Source: an uncultured bacterium
GTDB lineage: Bacteria; Babelota; Babeliae; Babelales; JABCYS01
Assembly: GCA_963705705.1 (NCBI GenBank)
Contig: CAVPKK010000007.1
Coordinates: 32,001-96,000, forward strand
Reading direction: 5' to 3'
DNA length: 64,000 nt
This document shows positions 1-10,062 of this stretch, piece after piece. Under the pieces are notes generated by a model. It searched no databases. It was not told the origin of the DNA and saw only the letters and a list, made by a program, of their open reading frames with translations. The position numbers and the translations under genes were made by a program. Each line of letters starts with the position of its first letter. The stretch's first letter is position 1.

Positions 1-227
1 AGGGAGGATATTTTTCGCGCAAGGCTACGCGCTGTTATTTTTTGCTCATGCAAATGGGCAAGAAACTCCTTAATCGTTTCTGCATTCGCATTCTCAAGCT
101 CAATTGATTTCCCTTTAATAAAGGTGGCAAACTGCTCAATATCGCGCTTATATGCTGCGTAGGTATTTTGAGCGGCACGCTTTTCGGTAAGTAGATATGT
201 CTCAAACTTAGTTAGAAACGATTCCAT
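1..227 (-). CDS. xerD: Site-specific tyrosine recombinase XerD-like, N-terminal part (runs off the window edge)
   Basis: Manual translation from ATG 227 gives MESFLTKFETYLLTEKRAAQNTYAAYKRDIEQF...EFLAHLHEQKITARSLARKISSL, the typical N-terminal domain pattern of XerC/D (NT.AY.RD, ARKISS). Confidence 0.8.
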   Translation of the reverse strand, partial: MESFLTKFETYLLTEKRAAQNTYAAYKRDIEQFATFIKGKSIELENANAETIKEFLAHLHEQKITARSLARKISS

Positions 228-285
228 TGCTTATCCCCATACATTATTAACTCAACCTTACAGGCCTTATCGACCACTTCTACCG

Positions 286-1752
286 TCAGTATGCCTTAGC
301 AACCAAAATATCTGCAACACTTGGTCTATCACACATAAAACAATGCTTATGTGTAGCCGTTTCTAATACACAACGAATGGTAGCCTTATGTTCTTTTAAC
401 TTCTGTTCAGCAACATCCTTTTGGCACCACCCGGTTATGTAGGCATACCCTCCCTTTTCCAAGTCAGCCTCAAATTCCGAAAACTTATCAGCCTGCTTAA
501 TAAGACTATCTCTCTTCTTTTTTGCACGGGCAAACATCTCAACTTGGATGGCATCGAGCATAATTTGTGCCTCTTCCACCACGCGCTCAAGCGATACAAT
601 CTTTTTGCCCAAGCCAATGCGATCCACCAGCACCGCCTGCTTTGCTTCCAAATCGCGCGGTCCAATTTCAATCCGCAGCGGTACACCCTTTAATTCCCAT
701 TTATAAAACTTTGCGCCTGGCGTTTCATTCTCATCATCATCGATTACTGTTTTGGCATGCCCAGGGCCGAATGAGAATCCACTTTCGCCAATACAGGTAC
801 CTTGATCAAATTTCTCTTTGAGCTGCTTGCAGACCTCTTTCAACTGTGCCGTATCAGCCCCTTTTCTAAAGATAGGCATAATAACAATTTGGATCGGTGC
901 AATCTTCGGCGGCAATACCAATCCTTTTTGATCACCATGCACCATAACCGTTGCCCCAATCAATCGAGTTGTTGTGCCCCAGCTGGTAAGCCATGGGTAT
1001 TCAAGTTTCCCCTCATTATTCTGAAATTGAATATTGAATGCATGAGCAAAGGATTGGGATAGCAAATGCGAGGTTCCCATTTGCAATGCCTTGCCATCAG
1101 GCATAATCCCTTCAAGAGTGAATGTGCGATCGGCGCCTGCAAAGCGTTCACTCTCAGGTTTTTCTTCCCCAAATATTGGTATCGCTAAATATTGTTCAAC
1201 CAGATCAATATATTCGTTGAGCATATCTTCAACTTCTTGCTCAGCCTCTTTTTTCGTAGCATGCGCAGTATGACCTTCCTGCCAATAAAACTCAGTAGTC
1301 CGCAAAAATGGACGCGTGCGCATTTCCCAACGCATTACGTTGGCCCATTGATTAAGTTTGAGTGGTAAATCACGCCATGATTTAATCCATTGCGCAAACA
1401 TGTGATGAAACATCGTCTCGGATGTAGGGCGAATAACATATGGCTCTTCAAGCTCTTTGCCACCGGCTTTCGTCACAATGGCTAGCTCTGGTGCAAAACC
1501 TTCAACATGTTTTGCCTCTTTTTGAATAAAAGAAAGGGGAATAAGTAACGGCAACATAACATTGTGATGCCCGGTCACTTTAATCTTGTGGTCGAGAACC
1601 TTAACTATATTTTCCCAAATAGCGGTGCCATAGGGGCGAACAATCATGCAACCGCGCACAGGCGCGTTATCAACCAGCTCAGCGCGATGGATGACTTCTT
1701 GATACCATTCTGCAAATTGCGTATTAAAATCTGGAAGTTGTTGGTTGCTCAT
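286..1752 (-). CDS. proS: Proline--tRNA ligase, archaeal/eukaryotic type
   Basis: Motifs RPTSET, RWEMRTRPFLRTTEFYWQEGHT, LQMGTSH and SWGTTTRLIG; C-terminal AKAY; no INS editing domain. Confidence 0.97.
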   Translation of the reverse strand: MSNQQLPDFNTQFAEWYQEVIHRAELVDNAPVRGCMIVRPYGTAIWENIVKVLDHKIKVTGHHNVMLPLLIPLSFIQKEAKHVEGFAPELAIVTKAGGKELEEPYVIRPTSETMFHHMFAQWIKSWRDLPLKLNQWANVMRWEMRTRPFLRTTEFYWQEGHTAHATKKEAEQEVEDMLNEYIDLVEQYLAIPIFGEEKPESERFAGADRTFTLEGIMPDGKALQMGTSHLLSQSFAHAFNIQFQNNEGKLEYPWLTSWGTTTRLIGATVMVHGDQKGLVLPPKIAPIQIVIMPIFRKGADTAQLKEVCKQLKEKFDQGTCIGESGFSFGPGHAKTVIDDDENETPGAKFYKWELKGVPLRIEIGPRDLEAKQAVLVDRIGLGKKIVSLERVVEEAQIMLDAIQVEMFARAKKKRDSLIKQADKFSEFEADLEKGGYAYITGWCQKDVAEQKLKEHKATIRCVLETATHKHCFMCDRPSVADILVAKAY

Positions 1753-2722
1753 AATAGCCTTGTTTCAATTCTTCTTGATAAAAAATATACAGTCCAATTA
1801 CGACGAGTAATGCGGTAGCAAAAAAATCCCAGCCGACCGTTTCATTCAAAAACAACCAACCAAGCCCTGCTGCAAATAACGGTGCTGTAAATCCAGCAAA
1901 TGAAAGCAAAGTTGCCGTGTATTTTTTGAGTAGCTCCGTATATAGCAACGAGAATAGAAAATTTGAAATAATGATAATGAGAGCGGTGTTGGCGACAAAT
2001 GCTGCCATATTTGTAACTGGCACAATCCAATATGATCTACCCCATTCTTCAAAAATTAGTGATGTGATAAGGGCCAAAATACCGCCGCCCATCATTGCAA
2101 AACCATTAATAAATGAGGAAGCATATGCATGCGTTTTTGCCAATTCACGCACCACAATCCAACCATAGGATGAAGCCGCCACGGCGCCGAGCATGAGTAT
2201 TTCTGGCCAGTACCCAAATAGACCGGATTGACGTTCGACTGCAGAAGGTGCCAATAGTACTGGAATGAATGCAAGATACCCTAATGATAAACCAAGCCAT
2301 TTCTTCGGCGTCATTAATTCATTGAATACCCAATAGGAAAGCAAAGCGCAAATAAATGGTGAAAGATCGTAGAGCAAGCATGCTTTGGCTGAACCCATAT
2401 GATTAAGTGCAACCAGGTCAAAGACATAGGTTAAATAGATATAGAAGAAAATTGTTTGTGCAAAAAGGCCGTAATGTTGCCGTGGAATATGCCAAGGCTT
2501 ATGAGCAGATTCGGCAGGCTGCATAGCCGATAGTTCGGTTCTGAGGCTACCCTCATTTACAATTTTTTTCTTCGATGCAAACCAATAGTAACCAAGCAAT
2601 ACAGCGCCACCAATGATCATGCGGGCTGCAACATAAAATATTGGCGCGCCGTATGTCAATGCAGCTTTGGAAATGGTAAACGTGCTTGCACTGAGAAAAT
2701 GTAGAATGGCAATGAGTAACAT
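1724..2722 (-). CDS. DMT/EamA family transporter
   Basis: About 10 hydrophobic helices in two repeats; LSPF...LS...FNE and P.FA...GWLFLNE motifs. Confidence 0.85.
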   Translation of the reverse strand: MLLIAILHFLSASTFTISKAALTYGAPIFYVAARMIIGGAVLLGYYWFASKKKIVNEGSLRTELSAMQPAESAHKPWHIPRQHYGLFAQTIFFYIYLTYVFDLVALNHMGSAKACLLYDLSPFICALLSYWVFNELMTPKKWLGLSLGYLAFIPVLLAPSAVERQSGLFGYWPEILMLGAVAASSYGWIVVRELAKTHAYASSFINGFAMMGGGILALITSLIFEEWGRSYWIVPVTNMAAFVANTALIIIISNFLFSLLYTELLKKYTATLLSFAGFTAPLFAAGLGWLFLNETVGWDFFATALLVVIGLYIFYQEELKQGYYEQPTTSRF

Positions 2723-2781
2723 CTGTGGTGTTCCTGTTTCCTGCTTAATACTTTAGCGCCCAAGTATTCATCAATCAAAAG

Positions 2782-2810
2782 TTGAGTCAAGTATTTGCTA
2801 GTGGTAAACT
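2782..2810 (+). promoter_or_regulatory. Putative sigma70 promoter for the Fic gene
   Basis: TTGAGT-N17-TAAACT with an extended -10 TG, about 35 nt upstream of the ATG. Confidence 0.45.
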
Positions 2811-2843
2811 GGCTGAATAAGGAATACCCAATGAGGATCTTGG

Positions 2844-3662
2844 ATGAGCAGCCAACAATTTAAAGATAGAGCCGCTGATATTGATCAATTAAAAACAAAA
2901 ATTAATTCTTACCGACCGATACCGCAAGAAATTTTATCCCAGCTTAAAGAAAAACTTCGGATTATTTCATGCTATACCAGCTGTGCCTTGGATGGTATGA
3001 GTTTTGATGAAGCTGAAACAAAAACGGTTCTAGAATATGGCAAAGCCATTGGCGGCAAAACAATTCGTGAACATTTAGAGCTACTCGGTCATAGCGAAGC
3101 ATATGATTTTCTCTGGGAAGCCTCTCGTCGCGGCATTACCAATCTTACATTGGATGATCTTTTAAAATTCCACCAACTTTTTTATTATCGAATCAACAAG
3201 CCTCAAGCAGGCAAATTACGCAAAGGCAAATCACTTGGCAATCAGGGCGAAGGTGATCCTGTTGCAGCTGAACAAGTTGTGCCAATACTGGAAGAGTTCA
3301 TTGCATCCTTACCAGATCTGGGTGCTACTCGCCACCCGGTTAATTTTGCCGCATTGTTATATTTGCGCTTAATGAATATTCAACCATTTATCGAAAACAA
3401 TGGCCGCATTGCACGGTTGATGATGAATTTATCCCTTATGCAGCATGGCTATTGCGCTATCATAATCCCACCTGGGCTGCGACATGAATATGTGACCACT
3501 ATGCGTGTAGCCAATAAAGGTGGCGATGCCCAACCATTTTTAAAATTCATTTCGCAAATGGCTTATGATAGTCATGTTGAATATTTGCGATTATTGCAAG
3601 AACTAGTGCATGAAAGCAAACTAACAGAACCAAACGTTCAATCGGAACAACCAGCAATCTGA
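2844..3662 (+). CDS. Fic-domain protein with a degenerate catalytic motif
   Basis: Fic architecture (GKTIREHLE, HP.NFAA); the signature reads IQPFIENNGRIAR instead of HPFxDGNGRxxR. Confidence 0.85.
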   Translation: MSSQQFKDRAADIDQLKTKINSYRPIPQEILSQLKEKLRIISCYTSCALDGMSFDEAETKTVLEYGKAIGGKTIREHLELLGHSEAYDFLWEASRRGITNLTLDDLLKFHQLFYYRINKPQAGKLRKGKSLGNQGEGDPVAAEQVVPILEEFIASLPDLGATRHPVNFAALLYLRLMNIQPFIENNGRIARLMMNLSLMQHGYCAIIIPPGLRHEYVTTMRVANKGGDAQPFLKFISQMAYDSHVEYLRLLQELVHESKLTEPNVQSEQPAI

Positions 3663-4345
3663 TCCGAAATCGAACTTTTCCTTTGCCGCCTCTTTTGCAT
3701 CACCATTGGTAACAATGCCATTAGTGCCAACAAACACAGTGGAGCTGCCACATGCCAGGAAATAATGCCGCGCAGTGAATTAATATGCGCAAATTCTTTG
3801 CCGGCAAAAGCTAATACAGCAGAGCCGGGAATCACCCCAATCGCCATGGTCCAGATGAAAGTAAATAATGATATGCGTGTGAGACCAGCCACCGGATTAA
3901 TGATGAAATAAGGCATGAACGGCATCAGACGAATAAATAATAAATAATGCGCGCCGTGTTTATCAAGCTCATTATTCAGCCATTGCAGTTGGGTAGGATA
4001 GCGCTGTTCAATAGTGTCTTGTAGTACATATCGTGCAAGCAAAAAAGCAATGACGGCGCCCGCAGTTGCACCAATGCAAGCAATCAACACAGTAGTCGCA
4101 AGTCCAAAGAAGTAGCCGCCGCTAAATGTTAAAATGCCACCGAACGGTAATGCACAAGCACAAGTAATGATATATAAAGCAAGAAAGGCGAATGATGCTA
4201 ACCAAAATTGATTGCCAATAAATGAGTGGATCAAATGGCGCTGCTGCTTGATGACGGCGAGGTCTGCGTATTGGCGAAACTGAAAAAAAATAATTAATGC
4301 AAAACCAATTGCAACAAGTGTGATTATGGTTTTTTGATTGCGCAT
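3638..4345 (-). CDS. TVP38/TMEM64 (VTT/DedA-like) membrane protein
   Basis: Hydrophobic, with LPFGGILTFSGGYFFG, GATAGA..AF..ARY and FIRLMPFMPY motifs. Confidence 0.88.
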   Translation of the reverse strand: MRNQKTIITLVAIGFALIIFFQFRQYADLAVIKQQRHLIHSFIGNQFWLASFAFLALYIITCACALPFGGILTFSGGYFFGLATTVLIACIGATAGAVIAFLLARYVLQDTIEQRYPTQLQWLNNELDKHGAHYLLFIRLMPFMPYFIINPVAGLTRISLFTFIWTMAIGVIPGSAVLAFAGKEFAHINSLRGIISWHVAAPLCLLALMALLPMVMQKRRQRKSSISDQIAGCSD

Positions 4346-4360
4346 GCCAGCTCTAATATG

Positions 4361-4397
4361 CGCGCTTTGATCCTTCGATTAACTCAGGATGAGCGCG
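4361..4397 (-). repeat. REP-like palindromic repeat, family A
   Basis: The reverse complement reads cgcgctcatcctgagttaatcgaaggatcaaagcgcg; near-identical copies at 32090 and 50933. Confidence 0.85.
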
Positions 4398-4414
4398 ATC
4401 TTTTTACACTCAAT

Positions 4415-7141
4415 TTAACCTGAGATAGTATGTGCCTTTGCTTCAACTTGATTTATTGAAATTGGCGCAACATCCAATCTGCCGACGCGGATTTTAACCA
4501 AAGCATCATTCTTCAATACACGCCGCGCCGCTTCTTTCACTTGATCCAATGTAATTTTTTGAATGTTTTGTGCGCGTTGGCTTGCATAGTCGTACGGCAG
4601 ATTAAATTTATTCAAGAATAAAAAGGTATTGACCGTCATTCTGTTGGTCGCATACATTTCAGCCATATCATTGAGCACCGTTTGTTTTGCAACAGCAAGC
4701 TCATCTTCACGTATATCATCAATTACCGTTGCAATTGCATTTTCAATTAATTGCTCCGCTTCAATTAATCTATCTTTGGAAACGATTGTGCTTACATACG
4801 TCATTCCAGGTTGCTCATCAGCACCCGAAATAGTAGAACCATTTATCGTATAGAAGATGCCATGCTGTTCGCGCAGATGGAATAAACGGCTATCCATGCC
4901 GCGGCTAAAGATATGATCAAAGAGCAGAAGCTTATCGTGATTAGGATCCATCCGATCAACTGAAAGGCCAACATAGGTGAGCACAATTTGATCCCGAGCC
5001 ATGAAGACATCGAGTGTAGATGCAGTTGCTGCCGTAAGTGGCGGGAAGAAAATATCGGCAAGATCATTTCCATTCCACGAGCCTAAGTTTGATTCAATTG
5101 CTGCAGTAGCAGTATCATTTTGAATATCGCCAACCACCACTAATTTTGCATCTGCTGGCGTCATCCACGTTTTGTACAGTTTTACAAGGTCCTCACGCGT
5201 AATTTTAGCCAATGTTTCCGGATTAGAAATATCATTCATGCCGTACGGGTGATCTTTATAAATCGACTCACGGACCTTTTGCGATGCCACCGACTTTGGT
5301 GTATCAAGATGGCGATACCAATCAGCCATTGCACGCATTTTTATTTTATTAATTGCAGCATCATCAAATGAACATTCAGTAACAAGCTCATTGAGCAGCT
5401 GCATACCATAATCAAATTGTTCTGGCAGTAAATCAACGCTAATTCTGCCAGGAGCAATATCAAAATGGATACCGTGCTGTTCGGCTGCCAGTGCAAATGT
5501 ATCACCCGGATGTGATGCGGTTCCTTCATACATTAATGAACACATGAGATTGCATAGGCCAGGTAGCTCTGGCTGGTTGTATGCCTGATCAGCCTTCAAC
5601 TTAAGCGTAACACTAATCTTCGGCACAGCCGAACGAGTATGCGTAAATATATGTAACCCATTTGATAGCTGAACAGATGTCGGCACTATCGCATGTGAAT
5701 CACGTGGTTGCCGTGTTTCAATCAAATTTGCCATCAATGGTTGCTCAACTTGTGATTTGCGTTCGCGTTGTGCAAGGAAAGCAACATCTTCCGCATCGCC
5801 TTGCGCCATAATGGAACCCCAAATAGCTTGGCCGCGCTCACTTAACGGTAATAACACGCCGCGGTGCTGAAACTCTGGCAATGCGTGCATTCGTACAAGT
5901 TCTTGGATTTGTTGCCCAAGCTTCTGCGGATCGTCATGCATGAAAGTAAATGGATAATTTTCATCACCACGAGCCAAGTACGATGTACCGATTGCACGTG
6001 CCTGCGCATTAGTACTTTCAAGCAAACTATAATAAGCCTGTTTGCTTATCGCCATAACCTTTTGCAACTCTTGGGTGTTTAAGCCTTGCGCAGCAATCGT
6101 ATCCAATTCTTGTTGGATAATATCAATTACTTGTTGCATTGCATTGCGATCCAATGTCTTCGGCTCGCAATAGATGCTCATTATATCGACGTCGAAATAA
6201 TTGAAATTGAAACTTTGAATCCAGTTCACCAGCTGCAGTTCATCAACCAGTCGCTTATATAAGCGCGAGCTCTTGCCGCCAGTCAGAAGTAAGCTCAATG
6301 CATCAACCGCAAAACCATCCTGGTTTTTATATCCAGGTATCTGATATGAAAGCAGCAGCATTGGCAATTTTACATCCCGATACAATACCAGCTCTTGTGA
6401 TGCAAGCTCGCGATTGTGATAAAACGCTTCCTTCCTATACGTAGGATCCGCCGGAATATTGCCAAAATTCTTTTCAACCTCCGCAAACACTTCATCTGGA
6501 TTTATATCGCCTACAATCACCAATGTTGCGTTATTAGGAACATAATGTTTTTTATAAAACTTAAGCAGCTGCTCTTGATTAATTTCCCAGATATCTTGCT
6601 TAAAGCCGATGGTTGGATAATGGTATGGGTGGTCAGCAAATATGGATGAGTTCAACCCAAGCACCAGAGAACGGGTGTAATTGTCCCGATTCATCTTCAA
6701 CTCTTGAATTACCACCTTAAATTCGGCATTTAGTAAATCCTGCTTAAAGGTGCAATTACGCATACAATCGGCAAGGATCGGCAATGTTTGGTCATAGTTG
6801 TGCGCCGGCACATTGAATTCATAGAACGTCCAGTCAGCACTGGTATGGGCATTGCACCAGCCCGAAAGCTTCTTTGTGATAAGGGCAATATCGCATTCCG
6901 AAATATTCGGCGTGCCCTTAAAAATCATATGTTCAAGCAAATGGGCTAAGCCACGCTCGCCTGATTTCTCATCCTTGGATCCTACATGATACCAAAGCTG
7001 TATAGCCACCTTCTGCGTGGTTTCGACTGGGCGAACCAATACAGTTAGGCCATTTGATAGGACTTTTTTAAAGACAGGTGTTGTTTGTGCATTGAGACTT
7101 GTCATCATAACCCCCAAAATTAGCGCAGATAGCTGACGCAT
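4415..7141 (-). CDS. M16 family zinc protease (pitrilysin-like, fused halves), secreted
   Basis: Signal peptide; GLAHLLEHMIFKGT (inverted HxxEH), NAHTS and SRLF..LRE..G..Y motifs. Confidence 0.93.
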   Translation of the reverse strand: MRQLSALILGVMMTSLNAQTTPVFKKVLSNGLTVLVRPVETTQKVAIQLWYHVGSKDEKSGERGLAHLLEHMIFKGTPNISECDIALITKKLSGWCNAHTSADWTFYEFNVPAHNYDQTLPILADCMRNCTFKQDLLNAEFKVVIQELKMNRDNYTRSLVLGLNSSIFADHPYHYPTIGFKQDIWEINQEQLLKFYKKHYVPNNATLVIVGDINPDEVFAEVEKNFGNIPADPTYRKEAFYHNRELASQELVLYRDVKLPMLLLSYQIPGYKNQDGFAVDALSLLLTGGKSSRLYKRLVDELQLVNWIQSFNFNYFDVDIMSIYCEPKTLDRNAMQQVIDIIQQELDTIAAQGLNTQELQKVMAISKQAYYSLLESTNAQARAIGTSYLARGDENYPFTFMHDDPQKLGQQIQELVRMHALPEFQHRGVLLPLSERGQAIWGSIMAQGDAEDVAFLAQRERKSQVEQPLMANLIETRQPRDSHAIVPTSVQLSNGLHIFTHTRSAVPKISVTLKLKADQAYNQPELPGLCNLMCSLMYEGTASHPGDTFALAAEQHGIHFDIAPGRISVDLLPEQFDYGMQLLNELVTECSFDDAAINKIKMRAMADWYRHLDTPKSVASQKVRESIYKDHPYGMNDISNPETLAKITREDLVKLYKTWMTPADAKLVVVGDIQNDTATAAIESNLGSWNGNDLADIFFPPLTAATASTLDVFMARDQIVLTYVGLSVDRMDPNHDKLLLFDHIFSRGMDSRLFHLREQHGIFYTINGSTISGADEQPGMTYVSTIVSKDRLIEAEQLIENAIATVIDDIREDELAVAKQTVLNDMAEMYATNRMTVNTFLFLNKFNLPYDYASQRAQNIQKITLDQVKEAARRVLKNDALVKIRVGRLDVAPISINQVEAKAHTISG

Positions 7142-7253
7142 AATCGTTCCTTTTTATCGTTTGCTTTTATGCAAGATAGGCACAGCAAAGTCTAGGACAT
7201 TTATTAATTTAAATGGTACCTCGAAAAGCCGAGAATCGCAAACGGTTTGGCTA

Positions 7254-8081
7254 TTAATCCTCTTCCCCACTTACCCGAATATCATTATCAATAATTTGTA
7301 TTCGCTCAATGGAAATCGCCTTGCCAGTCGTTGGATCAGCCTCAATAACCACGCCACACAAGATTGCTGGCGCATTGTTATCAACCTCAAATTTATGTGG
7401 CATCGCCGTAAGCATATTGGCCAAAATCGGCTCGGGCTTCATCCCGATCATTGAATTACGAGCGCCAGCCATGCCGAGGTCGGTAATAAAGGCCGTACCC
7501 TTTGGCAGAATCCGTTCATCGGCCGTTTGCACATGCGTATGGGTGCCGACCATACCGCTAATTCGGCCATCAAGATAGATACCCATGCCCGCCTTTTCAG
7601 AGGTCGTTTCAGCATGGAAATCGACGAAGATCAATTTTGTTTTTGTGCGCAGAAATGTTAATGCAGAATCAGCGCTTCGAAATGGGCAATCGATATGTTG
7701 CGCCATAAACACCCGGCCCTGAATATTCAACACCCCAATCACCAGGCCTTCTGCCGTTGTAAAAGTGGTAACACCGGTGCCCGGGCAGCCGCTTGGAAAG
7801 TTTGCTGGGCGCAAAAGATCCTTGTGTTCGGTGAGGTATTGATACACCTCACGTTTGGCCCAGATATGGTTGCCCGACGTGATAATATCTACGCCCATAT
7901 GTTTGAAGAAGTGAACATTGCGAGAGGTAATGCCCCGGCCATCGCCTGTGCAATTTTCGCCGTTTACAATAACACCGTTTATACGGTATTTTTCGCGTAT
8001 CGGTTTGAGATGCTTTAGCACCATGGCACGGCCAAGTTGGCCGACGATGTCACCGAGTAGGAGGATTCTTACATTGCTCAT
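7254..8081 (-). CDS. ymdB: YmdB-like metallophosphoesterase (TIGR00282 family)
   Basis: GDIVG, NGEN, TSGNH, DFHAETTSEK, GTHTHVQTAD and TDLGM motifs; lies downstream of rny as is usual. Confidence 0.93.
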   Translation of the reverse strand: MSNVRILLLGDIVGQLGRAMVLKHLKPIREKYRINGVIVNGENCTGDGRGITSRNVHFFKHMGVDIITSGNHIWAKREVYQYLTEHKDLLRPANFPSGCPGTGVTTFTTAEGLVIGVLNIQGRVFMAQHIDCPFRSADSALTFLRTKTKLIFVDFHAETTSEKAGMGIYLDGRISGMVGTHTHVQTADERILPKGTAFITDLGMAGARNSMIGMKPEPILANMLTAMPHKFEVDNNAPAILCGVVIEADPTTGKAISIERIQIIDNDIRVSGEED

Positions 8082-8113
8082 TGTATTTCTAGCTAGATGA
8101 TTAATGGGACGTT

Positions 8114-8184
8114 TGCTCGGGGACGTTCCCTCCCCGAACCCCTCCCTAAATCTTTATGATTATGGAGGGCTGACCGCCCTCCAT
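8114..8184. repeat. Hairpin repeat family B, copy 1
   Basis: tgctcggggacgttccctccccgaacccctccc followed by the hairpin atggagggc-tgacc-gccctccat; similar to 11432-11494. Confidence 0.6.
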
Positions 8185-8453
8185 GCCACCCACTTGGTTG
8201 GCCGCATCTAATTTTAACAAGTCGAATGCTTGTTAGCTTTGGAAGAATCATTAAATAATATTGATCCAAAACAATTCTTTCTTCTTCCCTTAGGCGAGAG
8301 AGATTTTTGGCTTATACGAAAATCATATGCCGGAAAAGCAGGGGCGAATAAAGAAATACAATCACTCGCCGACTGCAGGCGCTTCAACGCCGTGGAGGCG
8401 ATGCGTTGTATTTTTATGAGCTCCATTCCGTTTGCGCTCAGCATCGCCAAAAA

Positions 8454-10025
8454 CTATCGCGCGTATTCAATTACACGTTTCTCGCGGATAACGTTAACCT
8501 TAATCTGCCCAGGGAAGGACATTTCGCGTTCAATTTTTCGTGCCACTTCGCGTGCCAGCACAATTGAACGTTCGTCATCCAGCGAATCCTCTTCGACGAT
8601 AATGCGAACTTCGCGACCAGCTTGTAGGGCATACGCTTTTTTGACCCCGTCGAACGAAATAGCAATTTCTTCCAATTTCTCCAACCGTTTCATATATGCC
8701 GTTAATGTCTCGCGTCGTGCACCAGGGCGTGACGCTGAAATCGTATCAGCAATAACAACAATTGGACCGTAAATTGAGGTGAATGGAACTTCCTCATGGT
8801 GAGCAGCAATAGCATTCACAATGATTGGATTTTCGCCACAACGTTTTGCAATATCGCCACCGATCATCGCGTGTGGTCCTTCGACTTCGGCCGTTACCGC
8901 TTTACCAATATCATGCAATAAGCCTGCACGTTGCGCAATAGCACCGTCGAGGCCAAGCTCGTCAGCAATAATTCGTGCAAACATACCAACTTCTTTGGAG
9001 TGCACCAATACATTTTGGCTAAAGCTGGTTCGGAAATGTAGCTTGCCAAGTAAGGTAACAATCTCAGAATGAATACCCTGAAGATTGAAATCGAGTACTG
9101 CTTGACGCCCGTATTCTTGAATAGTTTCTTCGATCTCACTCTCGCATTGTGCAACCGTTTCTTCAATACGTGTTGGGTTAATGCGGCCATCGATAATCAA
9201 TTTTTCTAGGGTACGCTTGGCAACTTCACGGCGTATGGGATTAAAGCCAGAAATGGTGATCGATTCAGGGGCTTCCCCAATTACAAATTCCATACCCGTT
9301 GCCATTTCAAGCGCCTTAATATTACGGCCTTCTTTGCCAATAATACGGCCCTTCATTTCCTCATTCGGTAGATGAACGACACCAGCAGCATGTTGGCTTA
9401 CATGCTCAGATGTATATCGCTGCATAGCACCAATAACGATACTAGCCGAGCGATCCTTGGCAATTTCACGTGCTTCTTCTTCAACCTTTTGCACCCATTT
9501 TTCACTTGAAAGTTTCACTTCATGCTCAATGGTTTCAAATAAAGCGTTACGGCCTTCATCAACGGTCATGCCACTTACGCGTTCTAATTTTGCAATAAGC
9601 TCGGTATATAATGATTTAAGCTTGGTTTCATTTGCCCGCAACTGATCAGACATCCTAGTAAGATTGCGTTCGCGTTGCTGCAATTCCAATTTCAATTCTT
9701 CAGCCCGCTGATCTTTGGCTTCAATAGCCTCATTTTTTTCATTCAAACGACTTTGCATGCGCTCAAGCTCATGCCGCTCTCGTTTCAGCTCTGCCTCAAA
9801 TTCCTGGCGCTTCTTATGGAACTCGTCCTTAAGCTTAACCGCTACATCACGGCGTTCAATTTCCATATCTCGACGGGCATTGGCAAGCAAGATTCGCGCT
9901 TCATCACTCTGTTGTTTTGCCTGCCACAGACGGCGTTGAATATATACTATAAAGGCTATGGCTGCCGCAGCGCCGCATAAAGCGAGCAGTGCAGCCGACC
10001 AAGTAGCCAGGCTTATTGCTATCAT
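8454..10025 (-). CDS. rny: Ribonuclease Y
   Basis: N-terminal TM, coiled coil, KH domain (KGRIIGKEGRNI), HD domain (LLHDIGK) and SASRPGARRE; start placed at MIAIS (10025), just downstream of the zapA stop. Confidence 0.96.
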   Translation of the reverse strand: MIAISLATWSAALLALCGAAAAIAFIVYIQRRLWQAKQQSDEARILLANARRDMEIERRDVAVKLKDEFHKKRQEFEAELKRERHELERMQSRLNEKNEAIEAKDQRAEELKLELQQRERNLTRMSDQLRANETKLKSLYTELIAKLERVSGMTVDEGRNALFETIEHEVKLSSEKWVQKVEEEAREIAKDRSASIVIGAMQRYTSEHVSQHAAGVVHLPNEEMKGRIIGKEGRNIKALEMATGMEFVIGEAPESITISGFNPIRREVAKRTLEKLIIDGRINPTRIEETVAQCESEIEETIQEYGRQAVLDFNLQGIHSEIVTLLGKLHFRTSFSQNVLVHSKEVGMFARIIADELGLDGAIAQRAGLLHDIGKAVTAEVEGPHAMIGGDIAKRCGENPIIVNAIAAHHEEVPFTSIYGPIVVIADTISASRPGARRETLTAYMKRLEKLEEIAISFDGVKKAYALQAGREVRIIVEEDSLDDERSIVLAREVARKIEREMSFPGQIKVNVIREKRVIEYAR

Positions 10026-10062
10026 TGAAGTCCTAAATTCTTCCGCAGAAGGAGCGCGGTTT

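Noticed and set aside
1..227. Phage or island integrase
   Set aside because: The sequence and its position downstream of proS fit chromosomal XerD better, and no phage or ICE genes are present.
750..810. Repeat-derived insertion in the ProRS anticodon-binding domain (GTCIGESGFSFGPGH)
   Set aside because: The loop looks slightly long, but the DNA shows no palindrome or similarity to family A or B; it cannot be supported without an ortholog alignment.
8214..8772. ORFs 8214-8450 (-) and 8230-8772 (+)
   Set aside because: One overlaps rny antisense and the other spans hairpin DNA; neither has recognisable protein features.
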